A program made the position numbers and the translations under genes. The notes under the pieces are model-generated. The model saw only the letters and a program-made list of their open reading frames with translations. It was not told the DNA's origin and searched no databases. A stretch of DNA of 44,446 nt from a candidate division WOR-3 bacterium (GTDB lineage: Bacteria > Hydrothermota > Tepidihabitantia > SM23-42): contig DAOVAN010000003.1 of the NCBI GenBank assembly GCA_030671005.1, positions 1 to 44,446 of the forward strand. The letters are read 5' to 3'. Positions 26,035-35,948 of this stretch are shown one piece after another. Positions within the stretch are counted from its first letter, which is position 1. Each line of letters starts with the position of its first letter.

Positions 26035-27246
26035 ATGAAAAGAGCGATTATAGGTGTCGGTCTTGTGATACTTGTCACAACGAGCCTATTCTTATGTTGT
26101 GCGCCAAGTCAAACGGTCAAGGAACCGGATACCCAAAAAACAAGTGCTGAGAATCAAGAAGAAGCACAGCAATATTATTCTATTGGCTTTGAATACTACA
26201 AACAGGGTAACTATGACGAAGCAATAAAATATTTCAACAAGGCGATAGAGACGACGCCAGGTTTCTACGCTGCGTACATTGCCAAAGCTAAGGCATACCG
26301 TGCTAAGATGGACATAGTTTCTGCTGAAGCTTCTTATAACGAAGCAAAGAACGTCGATCCAAAAGACCCCCGTGCATACGAGGGTCTCGGTGCTTTATAC
26401 GCTGAATTGAAACGCTTCGGTGAAGCAATGACCGAGTACGAGAGTGGTCTTAGCGTCAATTCAACCAATGTAAACCTACTCAACGGCCTCGGATATGTCT
26501 ACAAAGAACTGGGGCAATACACCAAGTCCATCGATTATTATGACAAGAGTCTCACATATGAACCTGAAAACCTGAGTACTCAGTATGCAATTGCCGACGT
26601 ATATATTCAAATGAATCAACCTGACCGGGCCGTATCATATCTAAAGGACATTGTCACCAAGAAACCCGACAACATGGAAGTCGTTGAGAAACTTGCCGAA
26701 ACGTTGCTCCAGCTGAAGCGATATGATGAAGCAGCCAAAGAGTACACAAAGCTAATTGAGAACAAACCCGACAACTACTACTATCACATAAAATTGGGTG
26801 AAGCGTATCATCGGCAAAAAAAGTATCAAGCAGCAGATCAGGAATTCCAGACCGCCCGCCGCTTGGCACCGGAAAAAGCACTGCCCCTTTACTATCTTGT
26901 TGATTTGAATATCGCCCGGGGTAAATATAGTGCTGCCGAAACGCTCGCCAAGGAAGCTCTAAAAATCGAACCTAACAACCTCTACGCCTACCTGCTATTG
27001 GGCGATATCTATGGTCGCAGGGGTCTTATTGGACGTAATCAATGGGTCAAAAACAAAAGCACAAAGAATTGCAACATATTAAACAACGCCTTGAGCTATA
27101 TGAGATCCGGTATTTCATATTATACGAAGGCAAAACCTGATGCTCAATGCTCCCAGTATTGTACCAATGAGATCAAGCGTCTCAGCAACTTCATCGATGA
27201 ACTCGAGGAAGACAAGTGGTTCTATTGTAAAGGCGGGTCCCAATGA
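26035..27246 (+). CDS. TPR-repeat lipoprotein
   Basis: GGAGG SD before ATG 26035; signal peptide ending LFLC-C; many TPR units (e.g. AYEGLGALY..L.R..EA...Y). Confidence 0.88.
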   Translation: MKRAIIGVGLVILVTTSLFLCCAPSQTVKEPDTQKTSAENQEEAQQYYSIGFEYYKQGNYDEAIKYFNKAIETTPGFYAAYIAKAKAYRAKMDIVSAEASYNEAKNVDPKDPRAYEGLGALYAELKRFGEAMTEYESGLSVNSTNVNLLNGLGYVYKELGQYTKSIDYYDKSLTYEPENLSTQYAIADVYIQMNQPDRAVSYLKDIVTKKPDNMEVVEKLAETLLQLKRYDEAAKEYTKLIENKPDNYYYHIKLGEAYHRQKKYQAADQEFQTARRLAPEKALPLYYLVDLNIARGKYSAAETLAKEALKIEPNNLYAYLLLGDIYGRRGLIGRNQWVKNKSTKNCNILNNALSYMRSGISYYTKAKPDAQCSQYCTNEIKRLSNFIDELEEDKWFYCKGGSQ

Positions 27247-27605
27247 ACAGAGGAATCTCTGGCTTCGGTGCCATATTCCTGATCATCATACTCATGGTCA
27301 TTGGTTATACCGGATATCAAGTCGCTCGCCTTCACTTCAGCCATGGTTCAATAAGTGGAAAGGTCGAGACCATAGTACGCATCGGTCCAGTCCAGAATGA
27401 TGAAATGATACGGGAAGAGTTGATAAGAGCCGCCACAGAAATGAATGTTATGCTCATACCAGAAAACATTTGGATAGATCATTCCAAGTCCGATTCCTTT
27501 CGAATCTGCGTCGAATACGAAGATTCATCGAGCATCTTTGGTGTCTTCACATACAGCCGTAGGTTCAAGGTCGACAAGGTCGCACCTATTCAACTGAATT
27601 ACTGA
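27243..27605 (+). CDS. Small protein with prepilin-like N-terminal helix (DUF4845-like)
   Basis: MNRG followed by hydrophobic ISGFGAIFLIIILMV; ATGA overlap with the TPR gene. Confidence 0.6.
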   Translation: MNRGISGFGAIFLIIILMVIGYTGYQVARLHFSHGSISGKVETIVRIGPVQNDEMIREELIRAATEMNVMLIPENIWIDHSKSDSFRICVEYEDSSSIFGVFTYSRRFKVDKVAPIQLNY

Positions 27606-28111
27606 TGCTGCAGCTACCCGTACTACTGCTAAACCAGAACTACGAACCCCTTACGATCCTCAAAGTCAAAAGAGCAATCGCCCTGCTGATACTAGGCAAG
27701 GTGGATATGATAGAAAAGGAAGATGGAAGGGTCTTGCATGCCGTCACCTTGACCTACCGTGTACCGTCAGTAATCAGATTGAGATACTACGTGCACATAA
27801 AGCGGAAAGAAATCTCTCTCACCAAGAAGAACATCATCAAAAGAGATAATCATCAGTGTCAGTACTGTGGCAAGAGAACGGGTCTGATGACTGCAGACCA
27901 CATCTTGTCCAAAGCACTAGGCGGCGATGAATCATGGGAAAACCTTGTTTGTGCCTGCCATGAGTGCAACAACAAGAAAGGGAATCAGAGTCTGAGGCAA
28001 GCGGATATGCATCTATCGAAGAAGCCAAGAAGGCCAAATTATTTTACTTTTGTGCTCACCGAATTCGGCACACCAAATATAAAGTGGCGTCCCTTTCTTT
28101 TTCAATGTTGA
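27605..28111 (+). CDS. HNH endonuclease
   Basis: VLLLN..YEP, RD..QCQYCG, T.DHI....GG...WENLV.AC..CN..KG. Confidence 0.92.
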   Translation: MLQLPVLLLNQNYEPLTILKVKRAIALLILGKVDMIEKEDGRVLHAVTLTYRVPSVIRLRYYVHIKRKEISLTKKNIIKRDNHQCQYCGKRTGLMTADHILSKALGGDESWENLVCACHECNNKKGNQSLRQADMHLSKKPRRPNYFTFVLTEFGTPNIKWRPFLFQC

Positions 28112-28129
28112 TTTGCGTGTAGTGCCATT

Positions 28130-29419
28130 TTGTTGAACAACATAATCTTCTCGATACTTCTGCTGTCTAATCAAGAATTGACAGTTGAAATCACAGGTAA
28201 CGTTTTTTTTTCCTCGAAATACCTGCTGGGTGATATAGCAAGCATCAGCGATCAGAAGGCAGCCGAACGGCTAATAGCGGATATCTTGGATGAATACAAC
28301 AACGCTGGATTCCCCTTCTGCACAATATTGCCGGAGTTCCAATATGATGATGACAGACCAGCCAGGCTACTCCTGACCATCGAAGAGGGACAAAGAGTCA
28401 TCATTGAAGAGCTACTGCTCAGATCAGATGGCAATACCGACGTCAATGCCGCGAGGAGAATAGCTAGCTTCAAGCGGGGTGAACACTTCTCCTCAAAGAC
28501 ACTCGCGTTTGCCAAGAAAAGATTGATGAGCACGAATGCCTTCGAGCGCATCGGTGAGCGAGTCGTAGATCGAGACGGCAAGTACTATTTGCTTTTTTCT
28601 TTAATCGAGAAGGAGAGCGATATTCTATCCGTATTTGGATCACTGAGCGGCACGGAAATCGAATTTGGGGCATCCTTCTCGTCGTTCAACCTCTTGGGCA
28701 CGCTTCGTCAACTGAATTTCAACTACGAGTACCAGAGACTCTTCTCTCTCCAGTTTCGCGAACCTGTCCTCATCGCACCAGCAATGCTCGATGCCGATTT
28801 CGCTATTTGGACTTATGATACCGCGAGACTGATTGAAGGGCATATCCGGTTCTTCGCACCGGTCGGCGAACTCTTCAATATTACCCTGCTTTCGGGAATC
28901 GAATACGTCAATTATTACGAAAACGATACGGTAACCTATCAGAGTTCGGACAATCTGCTGGGCATCGGAATGGGCTTTGACTACCAATCGACGAACTGGT
29001 CTAACCTACAAACCCTACACCTCGATTACCTTTTCCGGGATGACGATCGCTTGCGAGTAGAGTATGACGGTGAGTTGATGATCTACAAGTTTTTGGCCAG
29101 CCTGCATTACCATCGCGTACAAACCGACTCCTTAGAATTTTTCGATTACATACGGGTCGGTGGCGTGAAAAATCTAAGAGGCTACCTGGAAGACGAATTC
29201 CTGATCGCGCGTGCCTTATGGCTCAATCTCGAGTATCACCGTCTGCCTGTTTTTCCCCTCATCGACATTGCGCGTCTCGATGGTGAGTTGTTCTACGCAT
29301 ATGGTCTTGGTCTTGATGCTCGATCCAATTATGCTGATGCCTCAATTGTCATCGCCTGGCCAAGAGGGGGAACATGGCGCGATGGAAAATTGCACCTGAC
29401 ATTCGCAAGAGGCTTCTGA
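28130..29419 (+). CDS. Omp85/BamA-TamA family outer membrane protein (compact)
   Basis: Signal-like N-terminus, POTRA-like segments (Y.NAGFPF, IEEG, F.I.E), NLLG..R barrel start, GG..NLRGY loop motif, C-terminal Phe. Confidence 0.75.
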   Translation: MLNNIIFSILLLSNQELTVEITGNVFFSSKYLLGDIASISDQKAAERLIADILDEYNNAGFPFCTILPEFQYDDDRPARLLLTIEEGQRVIIEELLLRSDGNTDVNAARRIASFKRGEHFSSKTLAFAKKRLMSTNAFERIGERVVDRDGKYYLLFSLIEKESDILSVFGSLSGTEIEFGASFSSFNLLGTLRQLNFNYEYQRLFSLQFREPVLIAPAMLDADFAIWTYDTARLIEGHIRFFAPVGELFNITLLSGIEYVNYYENDTVTYQSSDNLLGIGMGFDYQSTNWSNLQTLHLDYLFRDDDRLRVEYDGELMIYKFLASLHYHRVQTDSLEFFDYIRVGGVKNLRGYLEDEFLIARALWLNLEYHRLPVFPLIDIARLDGELFYAYGLGLDARSNYADASIVIAWPRGGTWRDGKLHLTFARGF

Positions 29420-29489
29420 TGCGTGGAAAGAACGTGCATACCTTTTGTCCATGGGTCACAACGAAACAACATTTGCGATTTCTTGACTG

Positions 29490-29517
29490 TTGCAAAATCG
29501 CCAACTTTCGCTATAAT
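29490..29517 (+). promoter_or_regulatory. Promoter of the Wzi-like gene
   Basis: TTGCAA-N16-TATAAT; AAGGAGG SD before ATG 29569. Confidence 0.55.
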
Positions 29518-29568
29518 TTCTGCAGATTACCGACGTTTCTTGACATGCGCTAAGCTAAGGAGGATACC

Positions 29569-30933
29569 ATGTTGTTACTCATATTGCTCGCTTACACGAT
29601 GCCATTGGATTCACCCATCATGGAAGAGGTTGAATATCTACAACTACGAGGGCTCTTCGATCTGCCTTCCATGAAACCTTATGATACAGAATGGATCATC
29701 AGCCAGGTGGATGAAATACTGATCACGGACATTATTCTCAACGATATCGATAAGAAAACCATTTCCTACTTTTCACCCCTGTTAGTCAAGGACCCGGATT
29801 TCTCTTATCTCGTACATTTAGCCGGTGTTTATCAGAATGAACCTGAATTATACGGTGGATATTTCGACGAGCGATTGGGCGGGAAAATCATAAAGCACGT
29901 CAAGTACGCACATGGTATGAGATTCACCCGCGCCAATGAGATCGACAGCCTCGGGCCGACGCCCTGGAACGACTTTCAGGTTTATCTAAACGAAGGGCTC
30001 ATGCGCCTCGATTTCGATAAGGTAATGTTCGACTTCGGTCGCCGTGATGTTCTGCTGGGGCCAGGCGACATGCATAGTCTTCTCTTTTCCCCTGACCGGC
30101 AAGCATACGATGGCTTCTTCATGCAAATACCCGCGCGCTACTATGAATTCCACGGCATCTTCACAGTTCTAGACGCCGCCGAGTCCCGGTTCTTGTCCGT
30201 GCATCGTCTCGGCCTGAATCTGGAACGTTTTCTGAAAATCGGATTTTCAGAAGCAATTCTCTTCAGCGGATCACTCGAGCCGATGTACTTGAATTTCTTC
30301 TTACCGTACTACCTCGCCCAGTGGGGCGGTGACCGTGACGACAACATAATGTGGTCAATAGATTTGCAATTGCGCATGTTCAATTCGATCCTCTACGCTG
30401 AACTGCTCATCGACGACTACATGTACGAAGACGACCCCAACAACTCCCATCCGCACAAACTCGCATATCAGGTGGGTTTGAAATCCTTGATCCTACATTC
30501 ATTGATCGCCAAGGTAAACTACACATCCGTCGATAAATGGGTGTATACCCATGATGTGGCAGCCAATGTGTATGAACGGAGTGGGCGCTGCCTCGGTTTC
30601 CCTCTGGGGAATGATGTCGACGAACTATCCTTTTCACTCCGTTACGAAAACAAGTACGGTGTGCGACCTCGCCTGGCTATTGACTACATCAGAAAGGGAG
30701 AAGGAAGCATCTATGTACCCTATGAAGAAGAAGGCGGTCCAGTGAATCCACCATTTCCGTCCGGCATAGTTGAAAAGATATTCGAGATAAAATGTGGTGT
30801 CGACTACACCTTCAAAAAGAGGTTTTACATAAAAACTGACGTGGGTAAAGTGTATAGGTATAATGAAGGCCACATATCAGGTAACGACCACGATGAATGG
30901 TTTTTTGACGCAGGCCTTTGGTTAATACTGTAG
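29569..30933 (+). CDS. Outer-membrane beta-barrel, capsule assembly Wzi-like
   Basis: GR....GPG...SL.FS, HRL, G.SE, DN, YAE.LIDD, LGFPLGND motifs; aromatic C-terminal strand. Confidence 0.65.
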   Translation: MLLLILLAYTMPLDSPIMEEVEYLQLRGLFDLPSMKPYDTEWIISQVDEILITDIILNDIDKKTISYFSPLLVKDPDFSYLVHLAGVYQNEPELYGGYFDERLGGKIIKHVKYAHGMRFTRANEIDSLGPTPWNDFQVYLNEGLMRLDFDKVMFDFGRRDVLLGPGDMHSLLFSPDRQAYDGFFMQIPARYYEFHGIFTVLDAAESRFLSVHRLGLNLERFLKIGFSEAILFSGSLEPMYLNFFLPYYLAQWGGDRDDNIMWSIDLQLRMFNSILYAELLIDDYMYEDDPNNSHPHKLAYQVGLKSLILHSLIAKVNYTSVDKWVYTHDVAANVYERSGRCLGFPLGNDVDELSFSLRYENKYGVRPRLAIDYIRKGEGSIYVPYEEEGGPVNPPFPSGIVEKIFEIKCGVDYTFKKRFYIKTDVGKVYRYNEGHISGNDHDEWFFDAGLWLIL

Positions 30934-30964
30934 TATACTCACATAAACCAGCAACAACAATGGT

Positions 30965-32419
30965 TCAGTGCCGGAAATGGCGCAGGTGCGTGAATACCAT
31001 AGCGATGTCGTGCTCATCACATGCATCGATGACTTCCTGATCGCGCTTCGAGCCCCCAGGCTGTATCACTGCGGTCACACCACCCTTGGCTGCAGTATCA
31101 ATACCATCCCTGAAAGGAAAGAATGCATCCGAAGCCATTACAATACCCGCACTCCGGCTAACCGATTGCCGGAGCGCTATTTCGACTGCCCCTACTCGTG
31201 ATGTTTGCCCAGCACCGATGCCTACTGTTCTGCCCTTGATCGCAAAGACCACGGAATTGGATTTCGCCCACTTCACTACCTTCCAGGCAAACTTCAGCGC
31301 TGTGGTTTCATAGTCATCCGGAGGTCTTTTCGTCACGACCTCCCAATCCTTAAGGTCGGCTCGATCCCGTTCCTGCACGAGAATCCCCCCGAAGACGGGC
31401 CGGTAAACCACCGGTTTTATGAGCTCCGGATCCACTTCGACAATCCGCAGGTTCTTCTTCTTGCGTAGTATCTCAAGAGCTTGTTTCTCGTAGCCGGGAG
31501 CGATAACTACCTCAAAGAAATGCTTAATGATGAGCTCAGCCGCATCCGGCTCCAGCTTTCGGTTCAGACCAATTATACCCCCGAATGCTGATATTGAATC
31601 AGCCATATAGGCACGCTCGAATGCCTCCTGTTGCGTATTGCCAACCGCAACGCCGCATGGTGTCTGATGTTTTATGACCGCGCAGGAAATATCATCGGTG
31701 AATTCATTCGCCGCGCCAAAAGCGACATCAGCGTCAAGAATATTGTTATATGATATCTCCTTACCACCGTGTATTCTGAAACTATCTTCATGAAGCCGAT
31801 TCAGATAGAATGCCGCCTTCTGATGCGGATTCTCTCCGTAGCGCATGGGTATGAATTTTTCTGCAGCGGCTGCGAAGTATTTTCGGGATGCGAAGTCCGG
31901 CGTGAAATGCTCGGCAATAATCGCATCGTACCAGGCAATGTAATCGAGTGATTTTTTCGCCAATCCGAGCCTGTATTCTTCATCCGCCACGTCCCGTTTC
32001 AAAATGTCACCCACCTCTTTGTACTGCTCAGGATCGTATACTACACACACCTGTTTGTAATTCTTAGCGCCAGCCCGGAGCAGCGTCACACCACCGATAT
32101 CGATATACTCAATCATCTCATCTAATGACTTCGCCTTTTGCGCGAAAAAGGGATAGAGATTGCAGACCACCAGTCCGATTTCCCCTGTTTCAAGGATTTC
32201 GCTTGCGATACGCTGGCTCAGGGTCTTGACGCGCTCGCTCTCCGAGCCACCCGTGTAATCAGATATCTTGGTTGCCTCTACCCCATTATCACCCAGCAAT
32301 TTCTGAGTGCCTCCGGTCGCGATGATCTCGAACTTCAAATCCTGCAATGCTTTTGCAAATTCGACTATTCCTTCTTTGTTGGCAACTGATATAAGTACCT
32401 TTTTGTTGATCTTGCTCAT
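30965..32419 (-). CDS. purH: Bifunctional AICAR transformylase / IMP cyclohydrolase
   Basis: LISV..K, ATGGT, NLYPF, IDIGG.TL.RA.AKN, RYGENPHQ, SYNN..D, ASDAFFPF, QPGGS.RD, RHFRH; ATG 32419 with GGAG SD. Confidence 0.96.
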   Translation of the reverse strand: MSKINKKVLISVANKEGIVEFAKALQDLKFEIIATGGTQKLLGDNGVEATKISDYTGGSESERVKTLSQRIASEILETGEIGLVVCNLYPFFAQKAKSLDEMIEYIDIGGVTLLRAGAKNYKQVCVVYDPEQYKEVGDILKRDVADEEYRLGLAKKSLDYIAWYDAIIAEHFTPDFASRKYFAAAAEKFIPMRYGENPHQKAAFYLNRLHEDSFRIHGGKEISYNNILDADVAFGAANEFTDDISCAVIKHQTPCGVAVGNTQQEAFERAYMADSISAFGGIIGLNRKLEPDAAELIIKHFFEVVIAPGYEKQALEILRKKKNLRIVEVDPELIKPVVYRPVFGGILVQERDRADLKDWEVVTKRPPDDYETTALKFAWKVVKWAKSNSVVFAIKGRTVGIGAGQTSRVGAVEIALRQSVSRSAGIVMASDAFFPFRDGIDTAAKGGVTAVIQPGGSKRDQEVIDACDEHDIAMVFTHLRHFRH

Positions 32420-32420
32420 T

Positions 32421-33614
32421 TTACGCTCCATATTTTTTTAGTTTCAATGCATTGGCGAGTAGCAAGGGCATGATATCCATCGATCGCAGCTTGCCGAGAG
32501 TACCCACGGCGCAGTTCCTCTCGGTGAAGCGCTTCTTTTCTGGAAAAATGTACTGGGAATACAAGAGCAGGGGATTAGGATGCCACGAATGTGAGTGTAG
32601 TATTGTAGGTGTTGAGTGATCTGATGTTATACATAAAACATCCGGTTTCAGACTGACAATAGTGGGCAGAATCTTATCAAATTCCTCTACCGATTTCACC
32701 TTCTGCGGTTGATCGCCATCCTCACCTGCTTTATCCGGACCCTTGATATGCATGAAGAAGAAATTGTAATTTATGAAATTCTCTTTGAGTGTCTTCAACT
32801 CATCGACTACTGTTTCGCCGGTCTTCAATATTTTCATACCAACCAAGGTGGCGAGACCCCGATACATCGGATACGTCGCGATCGCTGCGGCGTTCAACCC
32901 ATAACGTTCTGTCATTGGTTGAAGATTTGGGTTTCTGGCATAACCTCTCAAAAGCACGTAGTTGGTATCCTTCTCATCCCGTAGCACCTCGGTAGACTTC
33001 TCGATGAAAGCATTGATGACCTCGGCAGCTCTCCGGGCCTCTTCTTGCTTGGCTTCGGCGAACACCGGCTTGAGATTATCTTTCTGCGGATCAGCATCAG
33101 AGAGGTGTTCTGAAAGTCCTGCACCAACGAACTTCACAACGAATCTGTGCTCTTTTGCCGGCATTACTACAACTGGTATTTGTTGGATTTCCTTGATTGC
33201 AGCTCCGAGCTTCTTGCACAGTCTCGCACATTCCTTTGTCGAGATCCTACCAGCCCGGCGGTCAACAATAACACCATTTCTTATTGTCGCGAAATTGGCA
33301 CGTGCCGCGAGGTCACGCTCTCCCACGTCCATCTCTATGCCCAGAGCTTCGAGAACACCGCGTCCAATCTGAATCCTTATCGGATCGTAGCCAAACAGGG
33401 CGAGGTGAGACGGGCCACTGCCCGGAGTGATGCCTGATGAAATGGGGATGGTGAGTCCGAAACTGCTCCTCTTCGCCAACTTATCAAGGTTTGGTGTCTT
33501 GGCGATTTCCAGTGCCGTCTTCTCAGGGGCAGGCAGATCACCCAAGCCATCCATGACAATAAGGATTATCTTCTTCTCATTCTTGTTCAACAACTCATGC
33601 AGGATATCTACCAT
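32421..33614 (-). CDS. apgM: 2,3-bisphosphoglycerate-independent phosphoglycerate mutase, ApgM type
   Basis: [47 protein letters not shown]. Confidence 0.92.
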   Translation of the reverse strand: MVDILHELLNKNEKKIILIVMDGLGDLPAPEKTALEIAKTPNLDKLAKRSSFGLTIPISSGITPGSGPSHLALFGYDPIRIQIGRGVLEALGIEMDVGERDLAARANFATIRNGVIVDRRAGRISTKECARLCKKLGAAIKEIQQIPVVVMPAKEHRFVVKFVGAGLSEHLSDADPQKDNLKPVFAEAKQEEARRAAEVINAFIEKSTEVLRDEKDTNYVLLRGYARNPNLQPMTERYGLNAAAIATYPMYRGLATLVGMKILKTGETVVDELKTLKENFINYNFFFMHIKGPDKAGEDGDQPQKVKSVEEFDKILPTIVSLKPDVLCITSDHSTPTILHSHSWHPNPLLLYSQYIFPEKKRFTERNCAVGTLGKLRSMDIMPLLLANALKLKKYGA

Positions 33615-33636
33615 GCTCTCCCCTTTCATCATGCAA

Positions 33637-33664
33637 ATATTAGCCGAAATTAATGCCAAGTCAA
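33637..33664 (-). promoter_or_regulatory. Promoter of apgM-purH
   Basis: TTGACT-N16-TAATAT. Confidence 0.55.
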
Positions 33665-33678
33665 GCAACACCAAGTAT

Positions 33679-33925
33679 TGGGGTCAAATCTAAACATTTG
33701 ACATGTACTCCATGATTTTCGCTCCAAGCTCATCATGGTGCCAGCATATTACACAACCTGGCATGTTTCCAATGTGTACCTTAGAACACGCGTCATATCA
33801 CAACTGCACCAAAAGCCGATTTTATATCAAACGGAATTGTAAAGTGTTTAGCTGAGTTCTGGAGGAACGAAGTCCCGCTACATTATTGAAATAGGAAGGA
33901 ACACGAGATCGGGGATTTGACCCCA
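33679..33925. repeat. Degenerate inverted-repeat element related to the 20475-20588 element
   Basis: TGGGGTCAAATC (33679-33690) pairs with GATTTGACCCCA (33914-33925); left end matches the 20477 arm at 18 of 25 positions. Confidence 0.65.
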
Positions 33926-34792
33926 CTAATCGAATATTTCGCCAGCGTGATACGATGAACGGACCAAAGGCCCACTGATCACGTACCTAATACCAATAGC
34001 CTGCCCAACTTTTCTCAACTCGTCAAACTCAGCAGGCGCATAATATTTCTGAACAGGAAGGTGCTTCCTCGTGGGCTGTAGATACTGGCCGATCGTGACA
34101 ATATCCACACCGACATTTTTCAAATCATGAAGGGTTTCTGTAATTTCCTTTTCCTCTTCACCCAGGCCCACCATAAACCCGCTTTTTGTCAGAATATTCT
34201 TGTCCAATTCCTTACATTTTTCCAGAACATCCAGGGATTTCTCATACCCACACCTTCGGTCGCGGATATATGGAGTTAATCTTCTTACTGTCTCCACATT
34301 ATGACCAATCACGTAAGGCTTGGCATCGATTATTCTCTGTAAGTAATGGAGGCCGCCCTCAAAATCAGGGATGAGTACCTCAACCCTTGTCTTCGGATTT
34401 ATCTTCTTAATTCCCTTTATCGTATTCGCGTAGTGGTGACTACCAAAATCCTCTAAATCATCGCGGTCAACCGAGGTAATCACAACGTATTGTAGACCCA
34501 AAGTCTTCACGACTTGCGCAACATGCTGCGGTTCATCCGGGTCTAACAGCCCTTGCGGATTCCCGGTCGCCACTGCGCAGAACCGGCACGCACGAGTGCA
34601 GACTTTACCAAGTATCATGACTGTAGCGCTCTTTTTGTTCCAACACTCTCCGATATTTGGACAACGGGCTTCCTGGCATACAGTCGAGAGATTGTGTTTA
34701 TTCAATATCTTGTATATTGATTTGTATTCATCTCCCGAGGGAATTTTGATTTTGAGCCAGTCTGGTTTTTTCAAATAATCTCTTCTGAACAT
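33926..34792 (-). CDS. lipA: Lipoyl synthase
   Basis: KPDWLK, CQEARCPNIGEC, CTRACRFC, VITSVDRDD, GQYLQP, RSSY. Confidence 0.97.
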   Translation of the reverse strand: MFRRDYLKKPDWLKIKIPSGDEYKSIYKILNKHNLSTVCQEARCPNIGECWNKKSATVMILGKVCTRACRFCAVATGNPQGLLDPDEPQHVAQVVKTLGLQYVVITSVDRDDLEDFGSHHYANTIKGIKKINPKTRVEVLIPDFEGGLHYLQRIIDAKPYVIGHNVETVRRLTPYIRDRRCGYEKSLDVLEKCKELDKNILTKSGFMVGLGEEEKEITETLHDLKNVGVDIVTIGQYLQPTRKHLPVQKYYAPAEFDELRKVGQAIGIRYVISGPLVRSSYHAGEIFD

Positions 34793-35430
34793 GTCTTGCT
34801 GATATCCTGGTTGAATACCTTACCGAACTTTATGATGATGCTTTTCTTGACCTCATCCATCGAGATTTCTCTACCCAGTATCTGCTGCATTGACGTCATT
34901 TCAACATTTTTCAGGCCGCAGGGAACGATAAGATCGAAATAGGCTAAGTCGGTATTAACATTCAACGCAAAGCCATGAAAACTCACCCATCTCTTCACCG
35001 CGACACCGACCGAGCAGATCTTACCTTTCTCTGTCCACACCCCGATCATCTTTTCTCTCTTCTCCGCCTTTATGTCAAAATCGACGAGGGTCGCGATGAT
35101 GCTTTCTTCAATCTTCGAGATGAAGGGTTTGATGCCCGCGAGTCCGTCCCTGACATTGAATATGGGATAACCAACGAGCTGCCCCGGACCATGATAAGTT
35201 GCATCACCCCCGCGTTCAATATGATAAAAGTCAACACCTTTCTCCCTCAAAAAATGGACCGGGAAGAGCACATTATCCTGTTGCCCGCTCTTGCCCATGG
35301 TTATGACCGGGTTATGCTCCACAAGGACCAAAGTATTGGGTACCCTGTTATTCACCCGCTTCTCATGAATGGCCCGCTGCAGATCCCATGTTTCCTTGTA
35401 ATCCTTACGGTCTAAATCGAGAATATTCAC
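34771..35430 (-). CDS. lipB: Octanoyltransferase
   Basis: EHNPVITMG, RGGDATYHGPGQLVGYPI, KICSVG, HGFALN, IVPCG. Confidence 0.96.
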   Translation of the reverse strand: MNILDLDRKDYKETWDLQRAIHEKRVNNRVPNTLVLVEHNPVITMGKSGQQDNVLFPVHFLREKGVDFYHIERGGDATYHGPGQLVGYPIFNVRDGLAGIKPFISKIEESIIATLVDFDIKAEKREKMIGVWTEKGKICSVGVAVKRWVSFHGFALNVNTDLAYFDLIVPCGLKNVEMTSMQQILGREISMDEVKKSIIIKFGKVFNQDISKTCSEEII

Positions 35431-35461
35431 GCTTTTTTCTTAATGTTTTGTTGCTAACTCG

Positions 35462-35719
35462 CTACTTCTTGTCGACTGTGGCACTGATGGGAATAGGTTT
35501 GATGGGCGGTCGGTATGTCGGCTGCACGACTTTCTCAATTGGGACATTGAGTTCCCGGGAGATTATCTTGGCGATGTGCCTACGGCACCCTTTGCCCTGA
35601 CAGAGTCCCATGGTCACTCTGAGAATTCTTTTGAGGTCATCAATGGTATGATAGCCCTCATGAATTTTCTGAACAATCTCTTGCTCGGTAATGTCCTCGC
35701 AACGACAAATTATTTTCAT
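35462..35719 (-). CDS. BFD-like [2Fe-2S] protein (sarcosine oxidase/proline dehydrogenase small-subunit-like)
   Basis: IICRCEDIT, LKR..R..MG.CQG..C, T.RPPIKP. Confidence 0.88.
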   Translation of the reverse strand: MKIICRCEDITEQEIVQKIHEGYHTIDDLKRILRVTMGLCQGKGCRRHIAKIISRELNVPIEKVVQPTYRPPIKPIPISATVDKK

Positions 35720-35724
35720 AATCT

Positions 35725-35752
35725 ATTCTATTCAATATTGTACCGGAGTCAA
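35725..35752 (-). promoter_or_regulatory. Promoter of [2Fe-2S]-lipB-lipA, probably leaderless
   Basis: TTGACT-N16-TAGAAT, 5 nt before the ATG, no SD. Confidence 0.7.
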
Positions 35753-35813
35753 GAAATACCAAGTCGTCGATTATTTGCTGCCCTGCATCTAAATACCCGG
35801 TTGATTTCGGTAC

Positions 35814-35851
35814 TAGTCTGGTATTCTGGTACTTACCAGAATACCAGACTA
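35814..35851. repeat. Perfect 18-bp inverted repeat between divergent promoters
   Basis: TAGTCTGGTATTCTGGTA-CT-TACCAGAATACCAGACTA. Confidence 0.9.
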
Positions 35852-35913
35852 CCCATACGATCTGACCATCCTGACTGTATCATACCCATACCAAGGATCG
35901 ATCTTGAGCCGTG

Positions 35914-35941
35914 TTGACTACACTATTTTTTTGTATATGAT
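35914..35941 (+). promoter_or_regulatory. Promoter of the 4Fe-4S protein gene, probably leaderless
   Basis: TTGACT-N16-TATGAT, 7 nt before ATG 35949, no SD. Confidence 0.7.
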
Positions 35942-35948
35942 ATGGTGT

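Noticed and set aside
25933-30933. tRNA-anchored genomic island or defence system around the HNH gene
   Set aside because: No integrase, no duplicated tRNA 3' end noticed, no methylase or ATPase partner, and no obvious compositional shift.
33615-33674. ApgM N-terminal extension
   Set aside because: Runs through the predicted promoter; the SD favours ATG 33614.
35904-35948. Upstream TTG start of the 4Fe-4S protein
   Set aside because: Overlaps its own -35/-10 elements; ATG 35949 is preferred.
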